Assembly (NCBI GenBank): GCA_036172245.1
Contig: JAYWIR010000059.1
Span: 310,001 to 374,000 of the forward strand
DNA from: Raillietiella orientalis
Taxonomy: Eukaryota
Direction: 5' to 3'
DNA: 64,000 nt
A program made the position numbers and the translations under genes. The notes below the pieces were generated by a model, which saw only the letters and a program-made list of their open reading frames with translations, had not been told where the DNA came from and made no database searches. Positions 14,201 to 29,200 of the stretch are shown here, piece after piece. Position 1 is the stretch's first letter; each line of letters opens with the position of its first letter.

Positions 14201-17200
14201 CTGAAGTGAACCCCGGACTTTCACGTCAGACGGACACAGGGGTTTCTCCTAGAATCCGAAACTCCTAGACTGATCCTGAGTGTCAGAGAAGCGTTTTTCT
14301 CTTTAGAATTTCTCGGAGGTTTCCGGTTCAGCGGAAGCAACCAGGATTTCCTGCCTTTCCTGATTAGCTTTGATGGTGCAAGTAGAAACGTTGTCATCCT
14401 CAAGTGATAGCTCATAGAAAATCTCATGCGGCTTTTGAAACAGGATGAAGATTTTTCCCCGCACCGTAGAGAGATACTGTAGGATAGCTTATCTGGAAGT
14501 ACAGGTTTTACCGCTTCGTCATCTCGAATAAGCATCCAAGTTTGCTTCTGTTGTTTTAAGACACCAAACTGTGAGGTATTTTGTTTCGAGATCAGTGTCT
14601 TATCCCTACGCTCCTCAAACTGGCAATCACTTTCCGGTCTGTTATTGCAAATCACTCTTTGCGCCTAATTTTGAATTCTACCCTCCCCACCCCCTCAAGT
14701 GCAACTGCCAAAGCAGATTTTCTTATTAGTGAGGAAAGGAAATCTCGCTGAGGTGTATCAAACATTCATTCGCACTATATAGAAGAAAAATAGGCAGGGT
14801 GCTCTCCTCATACATCTTGCGGTGTTTTAGTACAGTCGTTTTAATTAGACCGGCGCAAGGGTGAATTGAATTTACATTTTTCATGTTCAGATGTGGTGAG
14901 AGTCACTTGCTTGCTACACGAAGCTGCTACAGATCTCTCTGGCCATAGATGAGAAGTCTTTCAGGCTTTCACAAGCATCACTCTCTCACAGAGAGCATAC
15001 TTTTTGTCCTTAGATTTGAGGATGCCACATTCCTTCCTGGATTTCGTATTGCAACTGACCTGCACGCTAATGCCTTTCCTGTCTTCCAGTTTGGTTTCAT
15101 TTGGAGTGAGGAGGAAAATCTTAGGTGGTTTAGAGCTTCAGTAGAAAGACGAGCTTCTGACTTTATTCACTATCCCTTATTCATAGACTCTAACGATCCT
15201 AGAGCATTAACTCTTATGTATTGATACTTCATTTCTTTCGGTTGTGTTCTAAATTTCAGGGTTTTTTTTTCGTTTGTTTATTTAAAAAATAGGAAACTCT
15301 CGTTCTTCCCTTCTTCCTTGAAAATTCGGGAGGATGTCACGGGGAAATCTGGCGCTTTTATGCCACTGACACTGCCAAATCACTCCGAAACCAACGCACT
15401 CTGAAAGCAGCATTTGTTTCAAGGAAACTCTCATTTTGTCCTGATTTCGATACTTCGATTTCTGAACGTTTTCTGAACTGCATCAAATAAGAAACAGACC
15501 CTCTCTTAATGGCAAATGGATGAGAATAGAACTCCCAGGCACAGTAGTGCATAGTGCATGCACACCTGCCGTGTTCTTGACCAAGATGTATGTGTGACTA
15601 AGCTTTCACTTTGTCAATTAAATTTCTGCATTCGCAGTCCATTCAGGGATTGTGAATCTGCGAAGAAGAGAACACAAATTTTTTTCAGATGAATTTTCGA
15701 CCTGAAAACACTTGAGTACTGATTTGGATAAACACTTCTTGTGTAATATGCTTACACATCCAGCATCTGCTCTCTGGAATTTTTCCTTTCTAGGACATCC
15801 CTCGTGGAAAAAACTCATCAGTGGTTATACTCAATCTGATAATCTGACAGGGCTTAAATTGTAATTCATGGCAACCTGGCTCGTAAGAGAATCCATATCC
15901 TTTAAGATGAAGTGAAACCAGGCAGTTGTAGAGTGCTTTGCTTAGGAGGTAGTTCTTCTGCTTGCTATATTAGAAAAATTTGGACAGTTCTTCACAGCAA
16001 TCGGTGAGCAGCTGAGGAAAGCATCCTGTGATGAAGATTGTCTACCTATAAAGTGGGATTTCTCCTCTGTTTTCCGAAGCTGCTTCATCTGAAGGGACTC
16101 ATGGAGGAATGAACTTTACTGAAGTGTGGTGGCTGACTGATTTCAGCTATAGTCCAGTGATGTGTGGGATGTATAAAGCGGGGACAAAGTTCCGCGTTAT
16201 ACGAGTCCTACGGGTCAACACATTGTTAATATACTAGCATTTATGAAAAATCCGAAACGCATCCTAAATGCTATAAGGCTAGAATATTTAAATACCCACT
16301 TCACTTTAATATAACGAAAAACACAGAGCATTTATCTATCATTTAGTTTAAGATAATAAGAAACTTGAGTTAATATTTAGTGAATTTATCAGCTATCATT
16401 CTAGCTGTTGAAATTGCTTTTTTACTCGGTTTTCTTCACAAAAATTTGCAAAAATTGGATTCAACCTATTCAAATCATGTGTCAGAATTGTTTTCAAAGA
16501 CACTCCAGCTGACACTGTACCACAAAATTAAAATTTTTCCACGGTGTGGGGCTGATTTAAGGCGCTATACGAGAAGTGTCGCAATTTTTTTGTCGCGTTA
16601 TACGAGTCCATCCTTTACCAGAGATCCACTGTACTTTAATCACCTACACGCTTGTTTAAATTGCCAGGGCATTGAAATTATTCAGGACTGCTAGCTCCTG
16701 AATCTGACTCAGCTTTCTTGATTTGTTTTGGTTTCGAAGAACCTGGTGTCCATTCTGCAACATTTTCATCTGAGCTCTTCAGCTAACTTTGAGATGAGAG
16801 TCTTTCGTGTCAAGACATGCAAACTTTTTGCGATTTTCAGAAGAAGAAGAAGAAGAAGAAGAAGAAAAAAGTATGCTCGTTAGGTTTTGAAGTTTCCGCG
16901 GAAACACAATTTTCTGATGATGATTACTCCCACAATTTCTAAAACACTTTCATTCTTATTGGAAACTCAAACTACCTCTGAATTAGATGAAAGTTTTGAA
17001 ACTAGAGACATGACAATTTCATTTTGGTATTCTTTTTTTTTTATGAAGTGGCACCAAAAAGAAAGAAATAAAACTGCTCCTCCAAAAGTAGAAACTGTTA
17101 GGAAACTTCAATCAGGCTATTCCGTTTACCTTGGAGAATGCGAGAATACAATCATTGGAAGTAGCAATTCTGTGCTGGTGTTTCACAACGAAATTAAGCT

Positions 17201-20200
17201 GTTCCATTGATTTTCAGCTCACGTATACTCATTATGCTTGGCAATTATAGTGATTTTTCTTGTTCCCGTTTGCTTTTCCAATATCACAAGGAGATATGCC
17301 CTCATATCAGAGATGTTTTTTTGCGCATTTGTCACATTCTCTTTGCCAAAATTTTTATGAGTTGGAATTTCATCATTATCATCTCAGTGCTTTCGGTATT
17401 TGGATCACATGATCTTTAACGTGGCATCTTATTGTTTTTCTTTCAAGCCTGGATTCAGCAGCTTTGCTAGCATCTTTCTGTTTTGAGCCTCTTATCGAAA
17501 AGTGACCATTTAAGGTAAAGTGCAGCTCAGTTTGTTTAGCAGCATGCAGAAGAGTAGGCGAACTTTCGCTGCCGTTTTCCTGCTTTTGTATCCGTCGTTC
17601 TTAATTGTACTCTTCCACTGAAACACCGCTTTTTGATCGCAAACTCTGATCTATAGATGATTCCCTTAAAATTCTATAACTCTAAATGGAATCTTTGGTT
17701 CATATATTTCACTGAGCTTTTCCTACTTATATTGCATATCAAGCACAGCCTTGAACTTTCCAGCGTTAAAGGTACTGAAACCTCTTTTTTTTTAGTATAT
17801 ATACATGGCAAATTCTTCCCATGTTTGCTAAGCTCTCTCATTCGAAAGCAGATTCTTCACACAAGGACTTCATTCTGTTGGATCTGTCATGTGGATGCTT
17901 TGCCGTGTTCATCGAGAGTTTGCAATTTGCAAAGAACACTCATGTCGTATGTCGAAACGAACCGACTGCGGCTCTCTTTCTTCACACTTGAGCCGTGAAA
18001 GCACTCTCTCATCAAAGACGAAAGATCTCTTTCCAAGTTTGTTCATCCAGCCTGCTGGTCATGAATTCACAATTCGTCCTCATTAACGACTTCCATGATT
18101 CGTCTTCATTAACGGATGTCCTCGTAGCTGCATGCTTCTCTCATTTACTAGGTGGCTTGCATTCCCAGAAAATGGGTAGGAAAAGAATATATAGCCATTC
18201 TTTTTCTACATTGCATTTGCTTTTTCATCTTAGTTTGCAAAATTAAGCATTTCTGCAAATCCGATGATGGTATACAAAGACATAAAGTATGGCATCAGTA
18301 ACTTTAAATTCTTTTCACTGATCCCTTCGCTATGTTAATATTGTACACACATAATCCAGTTATTCTCTTAACATAAAAGATAGCTGCATGCACATAACGA
18401 CAACTTATTCATGATACTTATTGTGCATGTTCATAACACTTATCGCTTAATGCAGTGCCACTACATTAAGCGACCATTGGAAGATAGAGTATCGAAATCA
18501 AAGCATTTGTTTAAATCTACCTAAATGAGCACGATGAACACTCATTGAATTCAGCATGAGCTGTATCAGTGGATTTCCATGAAGCACTGAAGTTGCTGCG
18601 CTGGGGAGAACTCATTGACCAGGGAACTATTCAGCTGCTTCTTGATGTTTAAGGAGTCTTATTTCTAATGCTACGGTTTTGTGATTGCAAGGCGAGATCA
18701 GCGTGGGTGACTAAAAGCAAGGGCGACTAAAGATACGAAAGGGTAACCACGTTTTAAGGTTGAAGGTTTTGTGATCAAGAGCACAGATGTGAATTTTAGG
18801 GTGAAGACCTGAAAACCACCGTTGTGAAAAAGATCTGAAATCCACTCTAGAGTCCAACGGTCAGAAGCTCTTTGACATTCTGTTTCTTGACTCGTCTCGT
18901 GATGACCATTATGGATTCCAAATTTCTTTTTTTTTGCTTCTTTTTTTGCTTCTGGAACTTTTTCCTAAAGCAGAGTGGGTTGTTTTTAGTTCGTCCGCAA
19001 GCAAACCATCTTTCATTCCAACACCACACTCTACCTTTTGCTATACTCTTCAGTGATGCTTCGGAATTCAGATCCTTGGCCTTCCGCTTTCTTCTCAGTC
19101 TTTTTCATTTTGCCTTTGCCCCATCGAATATTTGTGAGGCCCGGAACAGCTCGCTGTCCGTGAACGCTAATTTCGAAGACTAATCAGCATCCTACCATCT
19201 TTATAAATTTCAACTGGAATGACTTGCACAACAGTTATAGATTGCCTGGATTTAACATGTGCAATCTGCTCCTAACTATTGAGTCCGTCAAGCACCTCTG
19301 AGACAACGATAATGCTAATTATTGAATTCCCAGCAATCTTCCGGCACAAGATTTTCAGTACGACATGCCTCACATTCCAATCGAACCCATGAGTTCCGCT
19401 GCGCTTGCGCCGCCGTGAAAGGAACTTCGCAGTGTGCAATTCGTATCTTCATGAAAATTTTTCCTGGCTCTGAATGCAGCTGGGCGCCACATCGCGATGG
19501 GGGTGCACCTCCTGTTGGCTAATCCGAAGCGTGTTTGCTTCTGGTACTCTCAGACTCCTATACCCAAGATCCTCACCCGTCAATCCTTGATGCACGCCCA
19601 CCATGACACTGTTAGCAGATGACCAGTTTCTCACTTCATTCATCGATTCTTAAAGTAGTAAGCTCTTGGGATGTGGAATTTGGTCGGCGCCACCAGGACT
19701 TTTACGCCGATCATTAGCAGTTCGATTCGCTCCGCCTCTCTATGGATTCTAATTTCTCCCGTTAGTTCACTTTCCTTCACAGTGAACCGATCTCATTCCC
19801 AAGCTAATACAAAGGGACTTTAGACTCTAAAACGAAAGCAAGATGGGACAAAGATAGTTCTCTGCCTCGTAGCTGTTCTGGAAGTGAAATTCCCATTCCC
19901 TACTTTATCATGTCTTCACCTCTGGATTGCAAAGTTTCTCATACTCTACAAAACAAAACCCGTCCTTTCAGCACCGTGGTCTCTTATTCGTCTCATCTCC
20001 ATAGCTGCCTCCACCCTCCTCTTAGTGTTTTGAATTTTGGGATGAAATCGCTTGCTGCTTCCCTTCAACGAGTTCCAGCCTTCGGAACTCCTCTGCTAAC
20101 GAAAAGCTCCGATGGCTGGTTGTCTGTTTCCTCTCTGTAGTTCCAAGAACACCCTGCACAGGGGCTTGTTTGTCTGGCTCCCGTTCTTTTGGCAGCTGCA

Positions 20201-23200
20201 AGGGCTGCACAGGAAGGGAAGTCTGTAGGGTGAGGAGTACGATTATCCTCCGGGAATCAGAGAGACACAGGAAAAACTTCGGCGCCTCTTTCACGTCTAC
20301 TTTCGAGTTCTTCCCTTGTCATTACCATAATTCTTAGTTTCACCGTATTGACAAAAAAAAAAAAAGAAAAAGAAGAAAAGAAACCTCTTTCCCTAATTCG
20401 GTTTCAGATCATATTATTCACGAAGTTCCCGTTTCTGCAGAAGGGATCCTGCAGATCTTATCGGACGGACAAGCCACCCTGCGGTCCTCGCCTCTGTTCA
20501 GAAAGAATTTGGCGAATGCGCGCGAATATCCGTCTTCGTTAGTTCCCAGGACAGGCTCGAAAGTCTTTCGTCATTCCCAATCATTTGATCCTCTCCAGAA
20601 AGTTTAACTGTGCATCAAGGTATTCCATTGAGGGTAAAACTTGAGGGAAGTGTGGAACACACCCCTCTCTGGATCGCCTGCCCCCGGAGAAAACCACCCG
20701 AGATTTCTTTCTTAGCTTGCATTCCGAAGATGAATCGAAGACAAGAACAGAGAGTCTAAAAGAGTGGAGAAAGATGGAAAGCTTTCAGAACCTGCGTCCG
20801 TAGCAACAGTCAGCTACCAGGGTTCCCTCTCTGGAGATCGAAGGCAGCAGCTCCACGATAAGCGATTGTGGATTCATGAAGATTCATGAAGACGAGGGTC
20901 TTCCGAACCCACATTGTGTTCTGGAGCGCGAGAGGTCCAAAACGTTAAAGCTGGATGGTCATTGCTTCAGTGAGATGAAACAGGGAAGAAAGGGCCAACC
21001 AAATGTGTGTATGGATTGAAGTGAAAGGGGAATCTCAAATGGTCATCCGGATGTCAGCAAGCACAAATTTCCGTTAAGAAACATTTGCACCTCCATCAGT
21101 GGTTTGCATACCACTATAGAGGAAAAACTTGCTGCTGCCGCTGCTGAATTTTCACGTCCTCGATTGTTTGAACCCCCAGCATAGGGCACAAGTTACCAGG
21201 CTTACCTGAGATGAGTTATAAAAAAAAAGCCAAAAAAAAAAAAAACTACTCTACACGAAAAATGCGATCTTCAATTAAATGTACTTTTCTGTCGATCGGA
21301 ATCAACAGGCGCCACAGAATTAGTTAGAAGCATCGATGGATGTGCAATTTGATTTCACGGTTCGTGGCTCTTGGTGTTCTCGGACAATGTGCTACACTCT
21401 GTCTGAGATCGGGAAAACAAAGCTCAGGATTTTTAAAAGCCACCAACCAACTGCTCTTTGTGGCTTTTTTATTGAAAGAATTTGTTCAATTCAGTTGAAT
21501 TGGAAGTCATCCTGTGATTTCGGAAACTGCATGGTAATCGAATTTGCTGCAACATTAAAGGAAACGCGACTGCAGTGTCGTCAAGAAGAAATGAAGACAG
21601 CAACCGAAGCATCCAGTGAGCTTTAACTCTTCTGAAGCTCTTCAAATCATTAAGATTCCAAGCTGTGAAGGATAGCTGATCATGGTCATCCTAAAGAACA
21701 AGAACTTGCAAAAATTGCCCAATAAAAACTTGCTTATGACTCAAGAAAACAGTCATTAAAGAAAGTCTGGAAGCTTCCATAGAATGAAAATGCAAATTTT
21801 CGATTTCCCACGAGCACCTGCAAGGCATCCGTCAGGATTTGCCAGTCTGATTTGGAACTCCAGTGGAAAATGAACTAATCCTTCAGAGTCGATTAGAGCA
21901 TGCACACAATGAATCTCCATGCTCTCAACGTTCTATAGAAGGTTCAGAAGATATTGATATATGTTTGACCGGTACTACTTGTGAGTGATTCCTTGAGTAA
22001 ACATACCGCATAATTTGATGAGTCTTCTGCTACGCATAGCGGGACATCCCTAATGGGTCCTTTAGGGGTGGAAATTTCGTGATAGTTAGATTTTTTCCGT
22101 GGCATCAGTTCCGAACAAAAATACTTCTACTTCCGGTATTCGTTATAGAAAACAGATATTCCTTCCCAAGTTTTAAGTAGATCTAGAGAATAGTCCTCTC
22201 GAGTCGTCGGTTCTTCCTGATCTCCGAACGAAAATTTCTTCCCAGAATTCCTCGATTTCTAACTCGAATTTTTAGTAAGTCAAATACTGTATTTTGCCCC
22301 CTCGCATTGTGAGCAATTTTTGAAAAAGGTTCTTCCAGCTCCCAGGTATTGCTCTCATCTTGTAAAAAAAGTGAACAAGTCATGTATGGGAACTTGATTT
22401 ACGGAGCAAGTTTTTCATGCATTTTTAAAGTTGCAGTTTGGTCCTTGTCATTTGGCCTATATTCTTCCTATTTGCAAAGAGTGCCTCGAAACTTAATTTT
22501 CAAAGATATTTCGGGAAGCATCCATGCTGCTAAAGATTTCGAAATACCTCTACACAACAGTGCTTAAGAACGATGTAGGTGAAATTTTCAACAGTTCATC
22601 GTTTGTTTTTTCAAATGTTTGCACTCCAGTGGAAGAAAAGGAAGCTTAGAATGATCAAGTTCAGTGTGATCTCGTCGGATGTAATCAATGCAATATTGAA
22701 ATCACACTCCTTAGCTATTTCGAGTTTCTTTGGCATACTTTTGTTTGCAAGTGGAGCACTGAATACATTGTGTTCAATGATGACAGGTGTTCAGCATATT
22801 CCTTATGCTGATCTTGCGATGAAAGGTCCAATTTATCATTGCATTTCCAGCTACAACAGAATCCTTTTGCAAAAAGAAGAAGTGGAACAGAAGCATCTGC
22901 ATTTGCTACAAATAGTGGAAAGTGAAAAGACTGCCAGGTGGCAGTACACTCAGCAATGTGAGGAGCTGACGATGGAGATCAAAAAGTTGCGCCAAGAGGT
23001 GAGTGCTTGGTTTCCAGAGCTGGATTTTCTGTGGCTTAAACTTTTCATCCTTCGGGCATCACTAATAGGAAAATTCTGATGTGACACCAATCAGTTCATC
23101 ATAATACTTTTTACTTTGACCACTTTTTACTTTGACCACAGTTCCTTTCAAAATTGAGCATTCTCTTGGATATTGCTCAAAATTGTGTCCGCGCTTAACA

Positions 23201-26200
23201 AAATTATAATATTCAAAGAGAAAGATGAGCTGTTCACTCAATCGAGCATTTTATGTAGCTGATTTTGGTATATTTCTTCCACGTGAGAAGGATGTAGAGA
23301 AAAGTTGACCTTTCCGCCAACAGGCGAGCAAAAGGAAAAAACACACAAAAAACACACAACAAACAACATCAGTTGAAGCTACAACAGTTCCACATACTTT
23401 CCATCACAGTGCAGACCTACGGAGAACACTTATTTCTGGTCATCTTATAAGTATAACGGCATGATGTGTGCCATGTAAAAGTCTTACATGAAGTCCTTCA
23501 ACTAGGAAACTCATGTGCATGTGAAGCTCATATGCATGTCATTGCAACTGCAGTGCATCAGTTTGTAGGTCACGTACTCATCTAGCGATGTACATCGGAA
23601 AACTCATCTCCATCCTCTTTGGATGAAAACCTTTGGTTTTCTTGCAACGCGTTGCAATGGAGAGTGTGTTCCGTTTTCTAGTCAGTGAGGGTTTTACACT
23701 TTCACACGAGGATGGCGTAATGTCATTGATCGCATCACTCTTCGATATCGATCACTATTCAGTCAGCAGCTTCTGATACCCTCAGTACTCAGTGGACAGA
23801 GCTGCTATTATTCTCTGGCTTCGTTCGCTCTTTCTGCTTGCACTGAAGAAGCTTTCAGAAGGAATCTTCCAGTGGGATTCATGAATGCTGAAGAACTCTT
23901 TGGAGGAGTCAGATATGAGATGCACACGACTTGCACAAAGAGATAAATAATGAGCAATAGTGGAAAATAACATTTCTACGATGAGATTTACAACCACAAA
24001 GGATCCACAGAAATTGAAATGAAGCACAACTTTTTCACGGTCGTCAGAAAACTCTGCATGTATGATTACTATATCTCGAACATTTTTTTTTCTATTCGTT
24101 CCATGTTTCGTATCCTTAAGTGCAGAGTCCGGCATACTTCTCGAAAGAATTTCATAAGGAATCCTTCAATAAAACGCCCCTGATCCAAGATCATAAAAGA
24201 ACCACTCACGGAAGAAGAAAAAAAAAAGTCTAAGAGCATCATAAGAAGGTAAACGAAAATTCATTTTTAAAACGCATCCAAAGGTGGGAAATGGAAAAAG
24301 AAATCAAAAGGCTTAATGTGCCTGACTCCACATCGACTACTCGGTGGCTGCTTAGTCTAGAGCTTATTTCTTGTGTAGTCAGGTCATAAGACGATCCATC
24401 TTATAGAAACAATACCGGAGCAAAGTAGCCACCCAGGAGCAACGCTGATCACGTTGCAAAGCCAATGGCTATCACCCACTAGAAAAATCACCGTGAATCA
24501 AGCCCCCCTGGGATTACCCTTGTGAAATAAAGTTCACATAGAATTTGCAAGCTCGTTTTCTTAATTTTCAAAATCTTCAGCTCTACAAAAACCAAGACGT
24601 GCATGTTTGCCAGGGATAAGAGAAAAGAGACAAGTTTTCATCCCTCTGTTATTACTAAATATATCTGGGAAATATACAGTTCTAGAAATTTTTATCCTAG
24701 TGAGCTCAAAAAGAAAGCTCTTGGCATCGAGACTGTCGCGTGATTAACTTTTTGCAACGTCATCAGTTCTTCCTTTTTCAAGCGGATGCTGCACAGATGG
24801 CAAACATTTGAATGAAAGCACCTGAGGTCTCGTCTGGAGGCAGTTTTCACCTGAGAAGAAGAGCTCCTTCTGCTTTCGAGGGTCCTAAATTCCTGAAAAA
24901 TCTTTGGAAGCTGGATGCCAGGAAGGTGAACTGGTGGAAAACTGTTTTTCGATCTTCTGCATACAGAGACACACTTTCCATAATATATCTTTTCTTCCTC
25001 TCTCCTCCTTTCGTGTGCAAAGTTTGAGGATACTGAATTGGCATGCGATTGTAAGCAGTATAGAGGAAAGAGGCTGAGAATAAAGATGGATTAACCTGAA
25101 TCGATGTTGTACATGCTGCAGACTGAAGTACTCTGATGAGACGCTGGAAAACATTTGAACGAATGCGTTGTTAAACGTTAGGAGGAATTCATTTCACTCT
25201 GTTTCATGGTCGCCTTGCATTTGACGTTTTTGATTGTGGTACAGGTCTCTATAGTGGCTTTAATCGCTAGATGATGATGATTCTGACAATGACTCAGTTG
25301 CATCACAGACTATTTTGTAAAGTCCCAATCACGGCAACAAATACGCATATGTATGCACACATATGCATGTAATGTACGTATGTATGCATATATATAATGT
25401 AACTTTGCTATGGCTGTCCAGAAATCGATATTTTGTTTATCTCAACTCTGGAGTCGCTCCACACTTCCCGCATTCGAGACAGATTTTAGAAAAAAAAAAA
25501 AGGAAAATTTCTGGACCAGAAAGAAAGGAAAAAAGGGCATTAAGTTGTCTTCAGGACATCTCGGAAGAGCAATATCTTTTCTGAGAGATGAAAAAGTGTC
25601 GAGGAGAATACCTGATTTAATCAGAACTAACGTAATTAGTGTAAGAGACCTCCAGTTTGCAAAAGCGAGGGGGGAGTTTTATTCGGTGTGGATCAGTGTT
25701 ATACGTTGGGACCCAGTTTGCAGCCCATTCACATGGCAACTGATTTCACAAAGAGACATATTCCACGGTTTTCTAATGGAAAATTCACGCAGTACGAATC
25801 CATGGACATCAGGGAAGTCATAATTCAGTTTGCTCGTCTCATGGAATTAATGTCGCTAATGTAAACGATGTGATTTTTAATGAGCAGGCATGTTTATCTT
25901 ACCGTACACTTATGTGACACGTGTGTTGTATAGACTATAGCTTGTTTGAATGAATGCCGCACTGTTTCGATACATCATTCAAGAATCCCCTCTACAGACG
26001 GTCGTTTCCTAGGAAATTTCATCCATACTGGCTTCACTGCATCGAAAGAATGCGCTTTCCTCCTCCTGACACTAGCTGCAGGCATTCGTCAATTCTAAGC
26101 AGGATGCGTGGATTCTGTGTGATGTGTTTCCTATTTTGCATGTTGTCTTTATGCTGATACTAAAGATGCTGGAAACCTGAGAAGCTTATAGGGGTTCAAC

Positions 26201-29200
26201 AGTTTCTATTCGTAAATCATGAAAACGGTCTGCATCAACGACTCGTCTATGCTTTCTCAGTGCAAGTACATTACGTAATACCAAGTACGATGGGGTACGA
26301 GCAATGAGTGTACTAGGACGTAGCAAGAACCAACAGCACCTCTGCATAGGTGGAACGCAGTTTCTGTCACGAAGACTCCTTTGCATGTGGGCTGATTTGC
26401 TTGATTCTGGTACCTCAGTTCATTTCTGAGGTATGCTACGCGACTTTGTGTCATACATAAAATCGGAATACATGCTCGAAGGCTCTATTTAGATAGTAGA
26501 ACATTCAGAAATCGCATCGGTCTGTTTGAGTGTGCCATCCAACAGTTACATTGACTACATTTTCACTAAAGCTAAGCCGAATCAGTAAAGAAAAGGAAAG
26601 AATCCGTTTCGTGCAGATAGTGTTTCGTACATCCATCGGATATCGAGTACGATGAGTGGCATTAGCGAGTAACCGTACAAACAATGACCGAACACAACTG
26701 AGCAAAAGGGAAGAACACATTTCCGGCTGATTTTCTCTTCCTTTAAAAGAAACCGTCTTTCCTGGTTCCAGAAGCCAGGTTTCTCGAACAATCCCTGCCA
26801 TCATACGGCTGTGTGCCACCCATTCCAGCTCCCGATAAAGTTCTCATAGGGAATGTCGCCACTGTATAATGGCAACCAAATACAACGCAAACTGTAGCAG
26901 AACCAGGCTGACTTCACTTTTTGTTGTTTAAGCTTGTGACCATTAAGAGAGAATGGGAAGCTGTTCTCAGTCAGAAGGCAGTCGCGCAAGAAAGAGAAAA
27001 CGTCGAAACTGAAGAAATTCGGAAAATCAAGAAAGTGCAGGGATTTTTCAGAGGGTGGTTATGCCGCAGAAGATGGAAACAAATAGTGGATGAGTACATA
27101 AGCAGTCCGCATGCTCAGAGTATGAGAAAGAGAAACAGGTTGGTCAAAATTCAGATTTATCTTTTGAAATCCGTGCGATCTGTTGCTTGAGATTCACAGC
27201 TAGGGGCTGTGGCTTCCCGGATCTAATTGCTAACACTGGGACACCTTCACGAAATGCGCTGTTGGCGGGGAAGTGTGTGGAATGATGCTCGTCGTCTGTG
27301 AGACAGTGCATGCACCATGTTCCCACTCATTGCAGAACTATTTTCTCTATTTTTATTAAAGGCTGGTTTGCACTGGTCTTCAAGGTGGGAGGGGGAGGGA
27401 GGAAGGGGAAAAAAAAGAATCAGACTTCATAACGAAATTCCTTTACAATGATCTGCACAGTAGCATCGAGAGTTCCATCGGCTGCTGTTCTTGGAAGCCA
27501 ATAATTCGATGATCAGAGAAGTCTGCATGCGAGCAAAAATGCAAATCAGCTGCACCTTCTGAATAACATGAGGGATGAGGTGGACTGAACGGAATGCTGC
27601 TGTCTTCGTTCCGATGTCCTCTTTTCTTCTGTCCGCGCGCCCGTGCGGGAAAGCGACCGGTTGATGCTCGTCTTGAACGTGCATGGGGTGGAGTACCTGT
27701 GGACTTCGGAAGAGATGAACAGCCAGCAGGGCTAAGAAACCTCATTAGATCGATTGCGGTCCAGTGCCAGGTGATGTTCTCTGGGGTGAGCCGTTCGCTT
27801 CTCTCTTGCGGAATCCTTTCCTGGCATCAAGAGAGGGTTAGCGACCGTTGCAATGAAAACGCTGGCACGGTGGTGCCACACATGCCGTGAGTTTTGAGAG
27901 GAGCATTCGAAGGGCACATCGGCGGCGCACGTGGAGTGAGAAGCACATGCTATTTGGCAGACGGACTCTGAATAAGCGATGCCGAGGGCGAAACTCTACT
28001 TCCGTGCCTTTGGGAACGGACGATGGATGGGATGCCATCTTGGAAGCGAGGCGCCGCCGTGCAAGGAAATCAAATTAAGGAACAGGAATCTGCGCTAGTC
28101 CCCATGACGATGGGGTGCTTTCGAAAGTAGCAAGAACGATAACGAGGACGATCAGGATGATAAGGGCGAGGTGCTAAATTTACAGGCGAATTCAAAGACT
28201 TCAGGAGGAAATTCACGCAGCTGCGTCGCGAGAGTAGGAAAGCCAGGAAGGAGCAGCAAGCTCGAGGAGAAGAACGGATGGTAGATCTGAAGGCAAACGC
28301 TTCGGAAACCAACCAAACCCTCATGACCACAGTAGCCAAATCCAAGGTGATTTCCGTGGAGGCTGTAGGGAGGAAATGCGCGCTTCCGTCATTTCGGTGT
28401 TATTCGGAACGCACAGTGCCGATGTGGTCGGAAAGGTGAGAATCAGGGGGTTTCCAAAGGCACGGATAAAGAGTGTAGCAGCGAAAGCGGAGAAGGCGGG
28501 ATCATTTTTTTTTTTACATGAGCGGGTTGCAAAGGGTTGCTTTCGGGATCACTGAAAAGTGATGGGCAGACTGCGTCTGGAATAAGATTAAGCAGACGAT
28601 GGTCTCAAATGCTGCGAGAGGATCCGAAGCAGACAAAAACGCTTTGATAGTGTTGAATTTTGATGCCTGTGGGATATCGAGAGAATATAGTTTCAGCTGT
28701 TGGTTTGATTCTGCTGCTTTTCATCTCAGGGAGTCAAGATAACTGGATCAGTGGAGAGAACCGCATTGAGCAGTGGTTATGCATCATCAAGAGATCCGTG
28801 CTGTGCTAGCAAAAAACTCACAAGCAATGAAATCTCATTTTATGAAAGTCAGACTGCTTCTGAAAGAAGAGGATAGATTTTTGGAAAAGCATTTCAAAGA
28901 AGCATAGATTGAATTGAGCAATGAGCTATCGATCTAAAACGAGAGTAAAAAATTCGAAATTTTTAATGAGTCCAGAAACTTAGTATAACGGGCAGATGGT
29001 CATGTAGCTTTTGGGGTAAAAGCATGTTGCTTCCCGAGCAGCAGACATAATCTTTCCGTTCACATGAAATAGCTGAGCAACTATGACGAGGAGAAGATGA
29101 TCGGCCCCTTTCACGAAGTATATGATGTTCCAACTGCAAGTGGTAATCTTGACGGAATTCATCACGAGGCAGGAATTTCTCGGAACTCTTCTCCAAGTGA

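Noticed and set aside
24424..24482. Helitron 3' end (hairpin followed by CTAG)
   Set aside because: The hairpin is imperfect, CTAG is followed by A rather than T, and no 5' TC end or second copy was seen.
25131..25175. Hammerhead ribozyme (CTGATGAG...GAAA)
   Set aside because: No convincing stems I-III or cleavage triplet. Other CTGATGA hits on both strands (e.g. 2521, 42323, 61324, 58064 minus) also fail.
25341..25397. Alternating purine-pyrimidine tract
   Set aside because: A degenerate AT-rich microsatellite with no evidence of function.
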